This document shows positions 51,108 to 59,939 of a stretch of 64,000 nt of DNA, piece after piece. The DNA comes from Nitrospirota bacterium. GTDB taxonomy: Bacteria > Nitrospirota > Thermodesulfovibrionia > Thermodesulfovibrionales > Dissulfurispiraceae. The DNA is taken from positions 192,001-256,000 of the forward strand of contig CAVPZX010000002.1 in the NCBI GenBank assembly GCA_963710375.1, given 5' to 3'. The notes beneath the pieces are model-generated. The model saw nothing but the letters and a program-made list of their open reading frames with translations. It was not told the origin of the DNA and did no database searches. Both the position numbers and the translations under genes were made by a program. Position 1 is the first letter of the stretch. Each line of letters begins with the position of its first letter.

Positions 51108-52103
51108 CTATTTGAAGCCCAGGACAGGATGCGGACTGTAGGGCTCCTCGAGAGAAGCAATCTCTTCCGGCGTAAGATGTAGGGATAGAGAGGCAGCGGC
51201 GTCCGATAGATGCTGGGGCTTCGTAGCGCCGACGATTGGTGACGTAACCGCCGGTCTGCTGAGCAGCCATGCAAGCGCTACCTGAGCGTGGGGCACTCCA
51301 CGCTGTTCTGCGATGCGTCCCAAACTGTTGACTACTTTGCGATCAATTTCCTCGGTATGGGAGTATAGCTCTTTCCCAAACTGGTCAGTTTCATAGCGCC
51401 TGGTACTTACTTGCCAAGGGCGGCTCAGACGGCCGCGTGCGAGAGGACTCCATGGAATGACGCCTATGCCCTCGGATTGGCAAAGGGGAATCATCTCGCG
51501 TTCTTCTTCGCGATAAAGCAGGTTGTAGTGATTCTGCATGGAAACAAAACGGGTCCAGCCGTGCAACTGAGATAAATAGAGCGCCTTGGTGAATTGCCAG
51601 GCATACATGGAAGAGGCTCCTATATAGCGGACCTTGCCGGATTTTATCACGTCGTTCAACGCATCGAGAGTTTCCTCGATCGGTGTTTCGTAATCCCAGC
51701 GATGAATTTGGTAGAGATCCACGTAGTCGGTCTGCAGACGACAGAGACTTTGTTCGAGTTCGAAAAAGATGGCCTTCCGAGAGAGGCCCCGGCCATTTGG
51801 CTCGTCGCGCATTATACCCTGGACCTTCGTGGCTATGACGACGTCTTCGCGTCGGGTGTTTGCTTTCAGGAATCGCCCTAGAACTTTTTCGCTTTCGCCC
51901 CGCGAATAAACATTAGCTGTGTCAAAAAAATTGATCCCGAGGTCGAGGGCTTGCCGCAGAAAAGGCTGACTTTCCTCTTCGTTAAGAGCCCAGGCATGAC
52001 TGCCTGGTGTGAGTTCGCCCGTGGCAGGCGCCCCGTAGGTCATGCAGCCTAAACATATGCGGGAAACTTTAAGGCCGGTGTTACCGAGATTTACGTAGTC
52101 CAT
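51108..52103 (-). CDS. Aldo/keto reductase
   Basis: LGCMTYG, FFDTANVYS, DLYQIHRWD, GKVRYIGAS, WSPLARG. Confidence 0.92.
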   Translation of the reverse strand: MDYVNLGNTGLKVSRICLGCMTYGAPATGELTPGSHAWALNEEESQPFLRQALDLGINFFDTANVYSRGESEKVLGRFLKANTRREDVVIATKVQGIMRDEPNGRGLSRKAIFFELEQSLCRLQTDYVDLYQIHRWDYETPIEETLDALNDVIKSGKVRYIGASSMYAWQFTKALYLSQLHGWTRFVSMQNHYNLLYREEEREMIPLCQSEGIGVIPWSPLARGRLSRPWQVSTRRYETDQFGKELYSHTEEIDRKVVNSLGRIAEQRGVPHAQVALAWLLSRPAVTSPIVGATKPQHLSDAAASLSLHLTPEEIASLEEPYSPHPVLGFK

Positions 52104-52148
52104 TGTATCTCCTCCTCAGGAATACAGATTCTGCTACTGTCAGGTAAA

Positions 52149-52541
52149 TTAATTTTTTTCCGATTTGTCACGTTCTTTGAAAACTTCTTTCGCTGCAAAC
52201 AGTCCGTTAAGCGCCGCAGGAAAGCCAGCATAAACTGCCATTTGCATAATCACTTCGACAACTTCTTGCCGAGTGCAGCCAACATTTAGTGCTCCATTAA
52301 TGTGAACCTTCAGCTGTGGTACTGCATTACCAAGTGCTGTAAGCGCCGCAACAACGGCAATTTCACGAGACTTGAGATCAAGGGCAGGACGAGAGTAAAT
52401 ATCTCCAAATGGGAACTCAATCAGGTAGCGTGCAAAATCAGGTGCTATATCTTCCAAGCTTCTTATAACGCGCTCACCTGCCTGTCCATCAACCTCTTTA
52501 AGCTTTTCCCAACCACGCTTATAACGATCTTGATTATCCAT
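52149..52541 (-). CDS. Carboxymuconolactone decarboxylase family protein
   Basis: [26 protein letters not shown]. Confidence 0.88.
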   Translation of the reverse strand: MDNQDRYKRGWEKLKEVDGQAGERVIRSLEDIAPDFARYLIEFPFGDIYSRPALDLKSREIAVVAALTALGNAVPQLKVHINGALNVGCTRQEVVEVIMQMAVYAGFPAALNGLFAAKEVFKERDKSEKN

Positions 52542-52643
52542 TATTTTCCTCCAAATTACGCCTAATGACCAGTAATCATGGGAATGGAAATGACACCGCT
52601 TCACTCCGGGCGGCACTCCACTCGGCATTCCTATGAAGATCAG

Positions 52644-52964
52644 TCAACCTTTTAAAAGTATATCCTTCACCCGTTCAGCATATATTTTGCTGTTTTTGTC
52701 ATCGGTTAATATTTCTATACCCTCCGGCCGTTTTACTCCGATGCCAAGCTCGACAGCCCGCGCTATCTGCTCCTGTTCAAAAATCTTCTTTCCCATAATT
52801 GACTCATTGCTTCCAAGTTCCTTCAATATTGCAAGACCAACCGCTGTTTGTTTTACGTTCGTGGGCTTTAATTCTCTATCTGAGGCTGATTCCCCGCCCT
52901 TATCTCTTGCCATTGTCAGTATTACACCCCCTGCCATTGCTGCTATAAACTCCCGCCTGTTCAT
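52644..52964 (-). pseudogene. Internally deleted Tat protein (DUF362-like remnant)
   Basis: MNRREF Tat leader joined almost directly to a DUF362-like C-terminus (AVGLAILK...IFEQEQIARAVELGIG). Confidence 0.5.
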
Positions 52965-53221
52965 GTTTTAACTATATCACTTTATATAAACTGCGTCATC
53001 GGTAAGAGAGGGTAGCGTCTACACATTTCGCAAATGAAGTTTTTCTCTTGTCGCAAAGATTTCCACTTATAACTGCCAGGATGATCAAAACGCTTGGCAC
53101 TGCGGGTTTCTGTGAGAAAAAGCGCTAAACCAATTTTCAATAGCTGTACTCTTTACTAGCGGGTCTGTTAAAATTTTAAACAGCACGTGTGACATTGCCC
53201 TGAGCTGCCGGGAAAACTTCA

Positions 53222-53473
53222 ATGGCTTATGAGAATATCAGAGTTATAGCTTATTCAGGTTATCGTGAAGCTGAAACTCCGCGAGTTTTCTTCATTAATG
53301 AAGAGAAAATCACTGTTGCCGAAATCCTGGATATGTGGATCGAAGAAAGCATGTCTGATAAGACGAGGAAGAGATTTTTTACAGTTAGAGGAGGTAATAA
53401 ACGGACTTATAAGATTTACAATGATGCAAAGACTCTGGAATGGTTCTGTGAACTGGAAAGAGAGTCTGACTAA
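53222..53473 (+). CDS. Hypothetical protein
   Basis: 83-aa ORF (YSGYREAETPRVF...ILDMW...FFTV). Confidence 0.65.
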   Translation: MAYENIRVIAYSGYREAETPRVFFINEEKITVAEILDMWIEESMSDKTRKRFFTVRGGNKRTYKIYNDAKTLEWFCELERESD

Positions 53474-53771
53474 TGCCGATCAACACTCTTGATATTTTAA
53501 TATGCAGTGACCAGTATTTGCATTGCCTGTGTGGAAAATGTATGATTTCAGCATAATATTCTCATGGTAAGGGGAATTACCGTTCGTAACTCGCGGGGCG
53601 ATAATGATCACGGCGAGCGTTTGTTCCTGTGAGAATTTATTTCAACGCATCACGGTCCTGATGCGGTACAAACCAGATGAATGAGTCCGGCAATAATCTA
53701 ACTTTTATTCCAGACGATTCGGGTGAAGGAAAAATGGCGGTATGGCGATCAGCCCCGCGGTGTCTTGTGTC

Positions 53772-55121
53772 TCAAGCACCCAGCTTCTCCTGTATTACCC
53801 CTGCCACCTGCTCAGCCACGCTTCTTGCCAGGTCCGGGTCCTCTGCCTCTGCCATGACTCGTATTTTGAGCTCGGTGCCGGACGGTCTGACAAGCATTCT
53901 GCCTTTTCTGCCGAGTTTTACCGTTGCATCCTCGATGGCCCTCGTTATCTCCGGGACTTTTCTAATATCCTTCCTCTCAGCAACCAGAATGTTCAGAAGC
54001 ACCTGCGGATACAGTTCAATCCCGGCAGCAAGCTCCGAAAGGAGCTTCTTCTTTTTCCTCATCAAATACAGTACCTGCAGAGCGGTTATGGGCCCATCCC
54101 CAGTAGTGTTGTAATCAAAAGAAACGATATGCCCGGATTGCTCGCCGCCCAAATTGTAGCCGCCTTTGATCATTTCATCAACTACATAGCGGTCACCTAC
54201 CTTTGTCCTCAGAAACCCTATGTCCTGTCCAGCCAAAAACTGTTCGAGACCTAGATTACTCATGACCGTCGCAACAACGCCGTTCCCCTGAAGTCTTCCC
54301 TCTTTTTTAAGCTCGCATGCCCATATCCCCAATATCATGTCGCCATCGACCACACAACCGCGCTCATCGACAAGGAGTGTCCTGTCCGCATCGCCATCAT
54401 GGGCAATTCCGGCATGGGCGCCGGCCTCCTTTACTGCAGCGGCAACGCTCTCCAGGTGCAGCGATCCGCAGTTATCATTGATATTTGTTCCGTTCGGCTT
54501 ATCGTTTATTGCGATAACCTGGGCGCCGAGTTCGGCCAGCAGCAACGGCGTGATCTTATATGCAGCACCGTTGGCCGCATCGACCACCACTTTAAGGCCC
54601 TCCAGGTCAGCCCCCCTCGGAATGGTTGACTTTATATACTCTATGTAACGCCCGGTGGCGTCATCCAGACGGTATGCCTTACCTATCTTTTCTCCTGATG
54701 CACGCCGCGCAGGAAAATGGTCATCGTCGATCAACGACTCCATTCTCTGTTCGAGTTCATCGGAAAGCTTAAAGCCCTCGGAAGAAAAAATCTTTATACC
54801 GTTATCCTCAAACGGATTATGTGAGGCCGAAATTACAATGCCGGCATCAAGCCGCAGCGCTCGCGTAAGATATGCCACTCCGGGGGTAGGGATCGGTCCC
54901 ACAAGAGTAACATCCATCCCTTTAGAGCAGAGGCCTGAGGTAAGCGCGCTTTCGATCATATAGCCGGAAAGCCGGGTATCCTTGCCTATCAATACCATAC
55001 GCCGCCCGTGATCGGTCTTCAAAACCGAAGCGATGGCCATACCGACACGCAAAACATTTTCAGGGGTCATGGGATATTTGTTCACCCTTCCCCTGATCCC
55101 GTCCGTACCGAACAATTTCAT
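53772..55121 (-). CDS. glmM: Phosphoglucosamine mutase
   Basis: LFGTDGIRG, ISASHNP, DGDADR, GGEQSGH, RPSGTE. Confidence 0.95.
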   Translation of the reverse strand: MKLFGTDGIRGRVNKYPMTPENVLRVGMAIASVLKTDHGRRMVLIGKDTRLSGYMIESALTSGLCSKGMDVTLVGPIPTPGVAYLTRALRLDAGIVISASHNPFEDNGIKIFSSEGFKLSDELEQRMESLIDDDHFPARRASGEKIGKAYRLDDATGRYIEYIKSTIPRGADLEGLKVVVDAANGAAYKITPLLLAELGAQVIAINDKPNGTNINDNCGSLHLESVAAAVKEAGAHAGIAHDGDADRTLLVDERGCVVDGDMILGIWACELKKEGRLQGNGVVATVMSNLGLEQFLAGQDIGFLRTKVGDRYVVDEMIKGGYNLGGEQSGHIVSFDYNTTGDGPITALQVLYLMRKKKKLLSELAAGIELYPQVLLNILVAERKDIRKVPEITRAIEDATVKLGRKGRMLVRPSGTELKIRVMAEAEDPDLARSVAEQVAGVIQEKLGA

Positions 55122-55125
55122 TGCA

Positions 55126-55764
55126 TTACCTCTTTATAGCGATGCTCACGGTCACTTCAGGTGTTCGTGTCCTTATGTTCCTGCCGTTTATATTAAGCCG
55201 GACAGTCTCTCTGATATCAGAATCAAACCCCGTAACATCGACCGCCTCCGTCCTTAGCACAGCTATTTTATCAACCTCTGTCCTGGCGCCCTCAACCGTC
55301 ACTGCAGAAGGCTTTACATCAACAGAAGCGATCCTGAATCCCTTTTCCGGGGCGCCTATAATAGATGCTTTCACCGGAAGCGTTTTTACCATCGATTCAT
55401 CGAGCATTACTCTTACATATGTCGGCTCTACTCTCAGGATATCCACTGTCCCCGGCACTATGACAGCGTTCTTGTCCAGATAATATGTTGACTCTCCCCT
55501 CTTTGCATTGGAGAGGTCGATAACAACATTGATATCCATAGGCTTCAGGCTCTTCAGCAGCCTCTCCTGGCCGCGCAAATTCAAAGCCACCACCTTTGCG
55601 CTTTCGCGCAAAAGTTCCAGTCCTTTAGGCATATTCTTGAACCCGATGGGCACATCAATAGCAATTTCGGACTGACCCCTGTAGGTGACAAATATCCACA
55701 TTGATATCGCCAGTACTACAGAAAGAATCTTGAGACCGGGATTACTTAAAAGTATCTTCTTCAT
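55126..55764 (-). CDS. cdaR: CdaR/YbbR-like regulator
   Basis: N-terminal TM segment, YbbR-like repeats, located between cdaA and glmM. Confidence 0.85.
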   Translation of the reverse strand: MKKILLSNPGLKILSVVLAISMWIFVTYRGQSEIAIDVPIGFKNMPKGLELLRESAKVVALNLRGQERLLKSLKPMDINVVIDLSNAKRGESTYYLDKNAVIVPGTVDILRVEPTYVRVMLDESMVKTLPVKASIIGAPEKGFRIASVDVKPSAVTVEGARTEVDKIAVLRTEAVDVTGFDSDIRETVRLNINGRNIRTRTPEVTVSIAIKR

Positions 55765-55782
55765 TTGTGTCCCGCGGTAGTT

Positions 55783-56634
55783 TCATGTTTTTCCTGTATC
55801 AGTCGTTTGAAAAGTTTTTGCAGCCGCGACTTTTCCCTTTTTAGATTCGGCAAACAGATCGGTAAGTATATCACGCAGTGATCCCATGTTGACATGAGTT
55901 TCAAAGCTCCCGTGCATTGCCACTGAAATCGTTCCTGTCTCCTCAGAAACAATAATGGCCACTGCATCCGTATCTTCGGTAATACCGATAGCGGCGCGGT
56001 GACGGGTGCCAAGCGATTTGCTTATATCGGAGCCGAGCGTTATCGGCAGGAAACATCCCGCGGCAACAACCCTGTTACCCCTTATAACGATCGCGCCATC
56101 GTGAATCGGCGAGGTAGGATGGAATATGCTCAGCAGCAGTTCCTTGGAAACCTTGGCATCAAGGGGCGTGGCAATTTCAACATAGTCCTTGAGACTAACC
56201 TCTCTTTCAATGACAATCAAAGCCCCAATGTTCCTGTGCGAGAGGGCTATGGAAGCCCTGACTATCTCTTCAAGCGATTTCAACTCCTCGGCAACAGTCA
56301 AATTCTGGAAAAATGATGACTGCCCCATCTGGGCCAGTGTCCTTCTGATTTCAGGCTGGAAAAGCACTATCAACACGATAACCACCTGAGACCAGAAACT
56401 CTGGATGATCCAGTCCATCGTATATAATTGAAAATACTTAGCGAAAAAAGATGCGACAACCAGCACACCAAGACCGATCATCATCTGCGCCGCCTTGGTG
56501 CCCCTGACAATGAGAAGAACCCTGTACAGGACTACCGCAACAACAACAATATCAACAACATCCTGCCACCTGATCTGCTTAAATAACTCTAACAATGGTT
56601 CTCCCCAATGCATTAGACTGTAGGATGGGCGCAA
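55783..56634 (-). CDS. cdaA: Diadenylate cyclase CdaA
   Basis: Three TM segments, FQPEIRR, IHDGA, GTRHRAA, VSEETG; start uncertain. Confidence 0.93.
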   Translation of the reverse strand: MRPSYSLMHWGEPLLELFKQIRWQDVVDIVVVAVVLYRVLLIVRGTKAAQMMIGLGVLVVASFFAKYFQLYTMDWIIQSFWSQVVIVLIVLFQPEIRRTLAQMGQSSFFQNLTVAEELKSLEEIVRASIALSHRNIGALIVIEREVSLKDYVEIATPLDAKVSKELLLSIFHPTSPIHDGAIVIRGNRVVAAGCFLPITLGSDISKSLGTRHRAAIGITEDTDAVAIIVSEETGTISVAMHGSFETHVNMGSLRDILTDLFAESKKGKVAAAKTFQTTDTGKT

Positions 56635-56777
56635 TTAGCTGCCAAACACGACCCTTAATTATAGCATATCGCACCGGCTTTAAACCCCTGAGGAATCAAT
56701 GTGCTGCAAGCCAAGGCATGTACAATTCCGGCTTATTTTGATGTACAATGTCATTAGATAATACCGGAGGTGAAGCA

Positions 56778-58052
56778 GTGACGCTGAATTTTTACGAAAG
56801 AATACATGTCGATGACCGGAATGTCTGCAAATTATTCCTGAAGGAGATCAGTGAAATTTATACTGACATGGAACTGGCGCCGGAAGAGTTGGAATTACTG
56901 GCAATGCCCCGGCGCTCATTTACAGTGCATTTCCCGGTAAGAATGGACTCCGGAAAAACCAGGATGTTTATTGGGCACCGTGTGCAGTATAACGACGCAA
57001 GAGGGCCGGCTAAGGGAGGTCTCAGGTTTCATCCCGACCTGACTATCGATCATGTAAAGGACCTGGCTTTTCTGATGGTGCTCAAATGCGCGGTGGTAAA
57101 TATTCCTTTCGGCGGGTCAAAGGGCGGTGTTGTTGTCAATCCAAGAGATCTGAGCAGAAATGAATTGGAGCTGTTGACAAGAGGATACGTTCGCGCAATA
57201 GAGAACTTTATCGGCCCTTTCAAAGATATCCCGGCTCCTGACGTCTTTACTGATGAAAAAATAATGGTCTGGATCCTGGATGAGTTCGAAAGAATACACG
57301 GAGCTCACGTGCCGGCTGTAGTCACGGGCAAACCGGTTGAACTGGCAGGCACGAAGGCCAGGCATTACTCCACGGCCCTGGGCGGAATATATGTTCTTGA
57401 AGAGGCGATGAGAAGAGCCGGCATGGATAAAAACAGGGCAAAAGTCGCGATTCAGGGTTTTGGCAACGTTGGGGGAAATGCCGCCCGCCTTTTTTTTGAA
57501 GGGGGCTATAAAGTAGTGGCGGTTAGTGCGCTCGAAGGGGGCATCATGAACCCGGACGGTCTGGATATTCACGAGGTAATACGCCATCATAGGGCAAATG
57601 GAACTCTGCTCGATTATAAAGGCGCTAAAAACTTCACCAACGAGGAATTACTGACTTGCGATTGCGATATCCTTGTACCCGCAGCCCTCTCCGATCAGCT
57701 TCACAAAGGCAACGCAAATGAGGTCAAGGCCAGGATCGTCCTGGAACTTGCCAACGCGCCTACGACCACAGAAGCCGACGAGATATTCTTTGACAAAAAA
57801 ATCACGGTCCTGCCTGATGTGCTCGCAAATGCCGGCGGCGTGGTAGTCAGCTATTTTGAATGGAGCCAGAACCTCAACGGCAGTTATTGGACAGAAGAGA
57901 AAGTCGTACAGAAGCTGAAAAATATCATGGTAAGCTCTTTTAATGATGTATCTTCCGCTTGCAGCGAGGCTCGCTGCAGGATGAGAAAAGCCGCATATCA
58001 TCTGGCTATAAAGCGTGTGCTCGATGCGGAGAGGATGCGGGGGAATCTGTAG
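56778..58052 (+). CDS. gdhA: Glu/Leu/Phe/Val dehydrogenase (glutamate dehydrogenase)
   Basis: GPAKGGLRF, FGGSKGG, DIPAPD, QGFGNVG, NAGGVVVSYFEW. Confidence 0.92.
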   Translation: MTLNFYERIHVDDRNVCKLFLKEISEIYTDMELAPEELELLAMPRRSFTVHFPVRMDSGKTRMFIGHRVQYNDARGPAKGGLRFHPDLTIDHVKDLAFLMVLKCAVVNIPFGGSKGGVVVNPRDLSRNELELLTRGYVRAIENFIGPFKDIPAPDVFTDEKIMVWILDEFERIHGAHVPAVVTGKPVELAGTKARHYSTALGGIYVLEEAMRRAGMDKNRAKVAIQGFGNVGGNAARLFFEGGYKVVAVSALEGGIMNPDGLDIHEVIRHHRANGTLLDYKGAKNFTNEELLTCDCDILVPAALSDQLHKGNANEVKARIVLELANAPTTTEADEIFFDKKITVLPDVLANAGGVVVSYFEWSQNLNGSYWTEEKVVQKLKNIMVSSFNDVSSACSEARCRMRKAAYHLAIKRVLDAERMRGNL

Positions 58053-58056
58053 TTTG

Positions 58057-58235
58057 AAATTCAGACAGTACAGGGTAATTTTTCTTTGCGAGCGATTAGC
58101 CCTATGTGCCAGTCCTGCTGTCTGTACGGAAAATCATCCATGTTCCAGTTGAATATGTGGGCTCGGCGTTACTCGCCCACTGCAGATAACCCAGGCGCTC
58201 GACTGCAGAAAAACAACCCTGTACTGTCTGAATTT
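58057..58235 (-). repeat. Family A palindromic element copy 3 (inverted orientation)
   Basis: Perfect 19-bp TIR AAATTCAGACAGTACAGGG; reverse complement of copy 1. Confidence 0.9.
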
Positions 58236-58378
58236 ACGTTGACCCGATATAGTTGTAATATTAAGCGGCTGTTTAGTATAGGTATTTCTCTATTTTGTAA
58301 CCTTCTGATCTTTTTTATCGACTAATTATATAAAGATCAAACTGTCGGTTGACAGTATATAGATTAAGGAGGATAGGT

Positions 58379-58981
58379 ATGAGAAAAGCGATTCTGGTTA
58401 TATTCACGCTTCTTTTTGTAATGGGGCTTGCAATTAGTTCTGGTGCAGCAGAGAAAGAAAAGAGCGGCGCTCCTCATGATGGCATGTACAAACATGAAGG
58501 CGGTTGCGGCTGCGGCGGCGAACATCCATTTATCGGAATGTTCAAGAAACTCGGACTTGATAAAAAACAGATGGAAGCTGTTCGGGAGATTCATTTAGCG
58601 ACAATGAAGGAAGTTATCAAAAAGAAGGCCGATATCAAGATAGCAAAGATCGAACTGATGGAAATTCTCTCCAAGGACCCTGTCGACATGACAGCGGCTG
58701 AGTCAGCAGTAAAAAAGATAGAGGGCTTAAAGACAGAAATGAAAATGACGCTTATCAAGTCGATGGTGGAGATAAAGTCCAACCTGAATGCGGAACAGAA
58801 AGAGAAATTCAGTTCGATGATGAGACATATGATGATGAAACGTGAAATGATGAGACACGGCATGAGTGGCGGCGAATGCGGGTGCCATAAGCATGGGATG
58901 GGCCATATGCATGAGAAGGGACAGATGAAAGGACAGATGAAAGGAGAAATGAAAGGAGAAATGAAACAGCAGCAGCACTAA
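58379..58981 (+). CDS. Spy/CpxP-like periplasmic protein, Met/His/Cys-rich
   Basis: Signal peptide, LGLDKKQ and LNAEQ LTxxQ-like motifs, KG(Q/E)M tail repeats. Confidence 0.75.
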   Translation: MRKAILVIFTLLFVMGLAISSGAAEKEKSGAPHDGMYKHEGGCGCGGEHPFIGMFKKLGLDKKQMEAVREIHLATMKEVIKKKADIKIAKIELMEILSKDPVDMTAAESAVKKIEGLKTEMKMTLIKSMVEIKSNLNAEQKEKFSSMMRHMMMKREMMRHGMSGGECGCHKHGMGHMHEKGQMKGQMKGEMKGEMKQQQH

Positions 58982-59007
58982 TCCTGCGCATTCTTCGGGA
59001 CATAGAC

Positions 59008-59040
59008 CGGGCAGGGAAAGGCAATACCTTTCCCTGCCCG
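59008..59040. terminator. Hairpin between convergent genes
   Basis: CGGGCAGGGAAAGG-caata-CCTTTCCCTGCCCG. Confidence 0.75.
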
Positions 59041-59043
59041 AAA

Positions 59044-59235
59044 CTACTCTGATTTCTCTGAACTTGGTTCAGTAAGGGAATGCATCAGAAACTCAGCGTC
59101 TTTTGGAGGCAAATCAAACTTCAAACAGGCGTCTTGAATCAACTTGAACAGGCCGGCTTCAGGATGATCGCGACGCTCATCAGATATCCACTTAACAGCC
59201 TTTCTCAGTTGCTCACCCTCTGGCAGAATACTCAT
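59044..59235 (-). CDS. Small hypothetical protein
   Basis: PEGEQLRKAVKWIS...ACLKFDLPPKDAEFL; RBS GGAGG. Confidence 0.7.
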   Translation of the reverse strand: MSILPEGEQLRKAVKWISDERRDHPEAGLFKLIQDACLKFDLPPKDAEFLMHSLTEPSSEKSE

Positions 59236-59300
59236 TCTATTTTCCTCCAAAGCTTAGATTGATTATCGCTAATGCTCCATATAAGTATATCACGTAAGAG

Positions 59301-59930
59301 CTACAGCAAAAACTCCTCTGCAAACATGTTCTCCTTTTTCTCACGGCCAATAGTTGTGGCTGGTCCGTGTCCAGGCAAAACATTTGTGTCTTCCGGCAGC
59401 GCCATCAGCCTCTGGAACGATTGCTTCAGCTTCTTTATATCGCCGCCGAAAAAGTCAGTCCTTCCCACAGACCCCATAAAAAGCGTGTCACCGGTAATGA
59501 CCGTATTGTCTGCATAAAGGCAAATCCCACCGGGACTGTGTCCGGGGGTATGGAGTACTGAAAAGTTCAAGTCTCCTATTTTAAGCGTATCGCCTTCAGA
59601 CAATAGAATATCCGGGGCAGGAGGGACATCCATTGAATGGCCCCAGAATGCAGCCATGTCCTTTGCGCCATTATACAATGCAAGCTCGTCGCGGTGTATG
59701 GCCACCCGCGCCCCTGTCTGGTTTTTAATATCGCCTACTACAGCAATATGATCAAAATGGCCGTGCGTGCAGACAATAACTTCAACGGTGAGTCCCATTT
59801 CGTTGACAATCCCGACTATTCTGTCAGGCTCGTCTCCGGGGTCGACGACAATGGCCTTTTTGGACGCATCGTCTGCAACAATAATACAATTGGCCTGAAG
59901 CGGCCCTACAGCAATACTCTTAATAATCAT
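59301..59930 (-). CDS. MBL-fold metallo-hydrolase (glyoxalase II-like)
   Basis: THGHFDH, HTPGHSPG, GDTLF, PGHG. Confidence 0.92.
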   Translation of the reverse strand: MIIKSIAVGPLQANCIIVADDASKKAIVVDPGDEPDRIVGIVNEMGLTVEVIVCTHGHFDHIAVVGDIKNQTGARVAIHRDELALYNGAKDMAAFWGHSMDVPPAPDILLSEGDTLKIGDLNFSVLHTPGHSPGGICLYADNTVITGDTLFMGSVGRTDFFGGDIKKLKQSFQRLMALPEDTNVLPGHGPATTIGREKKENMFAEEFLL

Positions 59931-59939
59931 AATCTATCC

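Noticed and set aside
53558..53637. Structured ncRNA or riboswitch in the intergenic region downstream of glmM
   Set aside because: Only a weak hairpin (ATTCTCATGG/CTGTGAGAAT) between convergent gene ends; no family motif recognised.
53772..56634. cdaA-cdaR-glmM in a diderm as a novelty
   Set aside because: This is a well-known conserved operon that also occurs outside Firmicutes.
11675..58235. Repeats as a CRISPR array
   Set aside because: Copies are dispersed kilobases apart with no repeat-spacer periodicity, and no cas genes are present.
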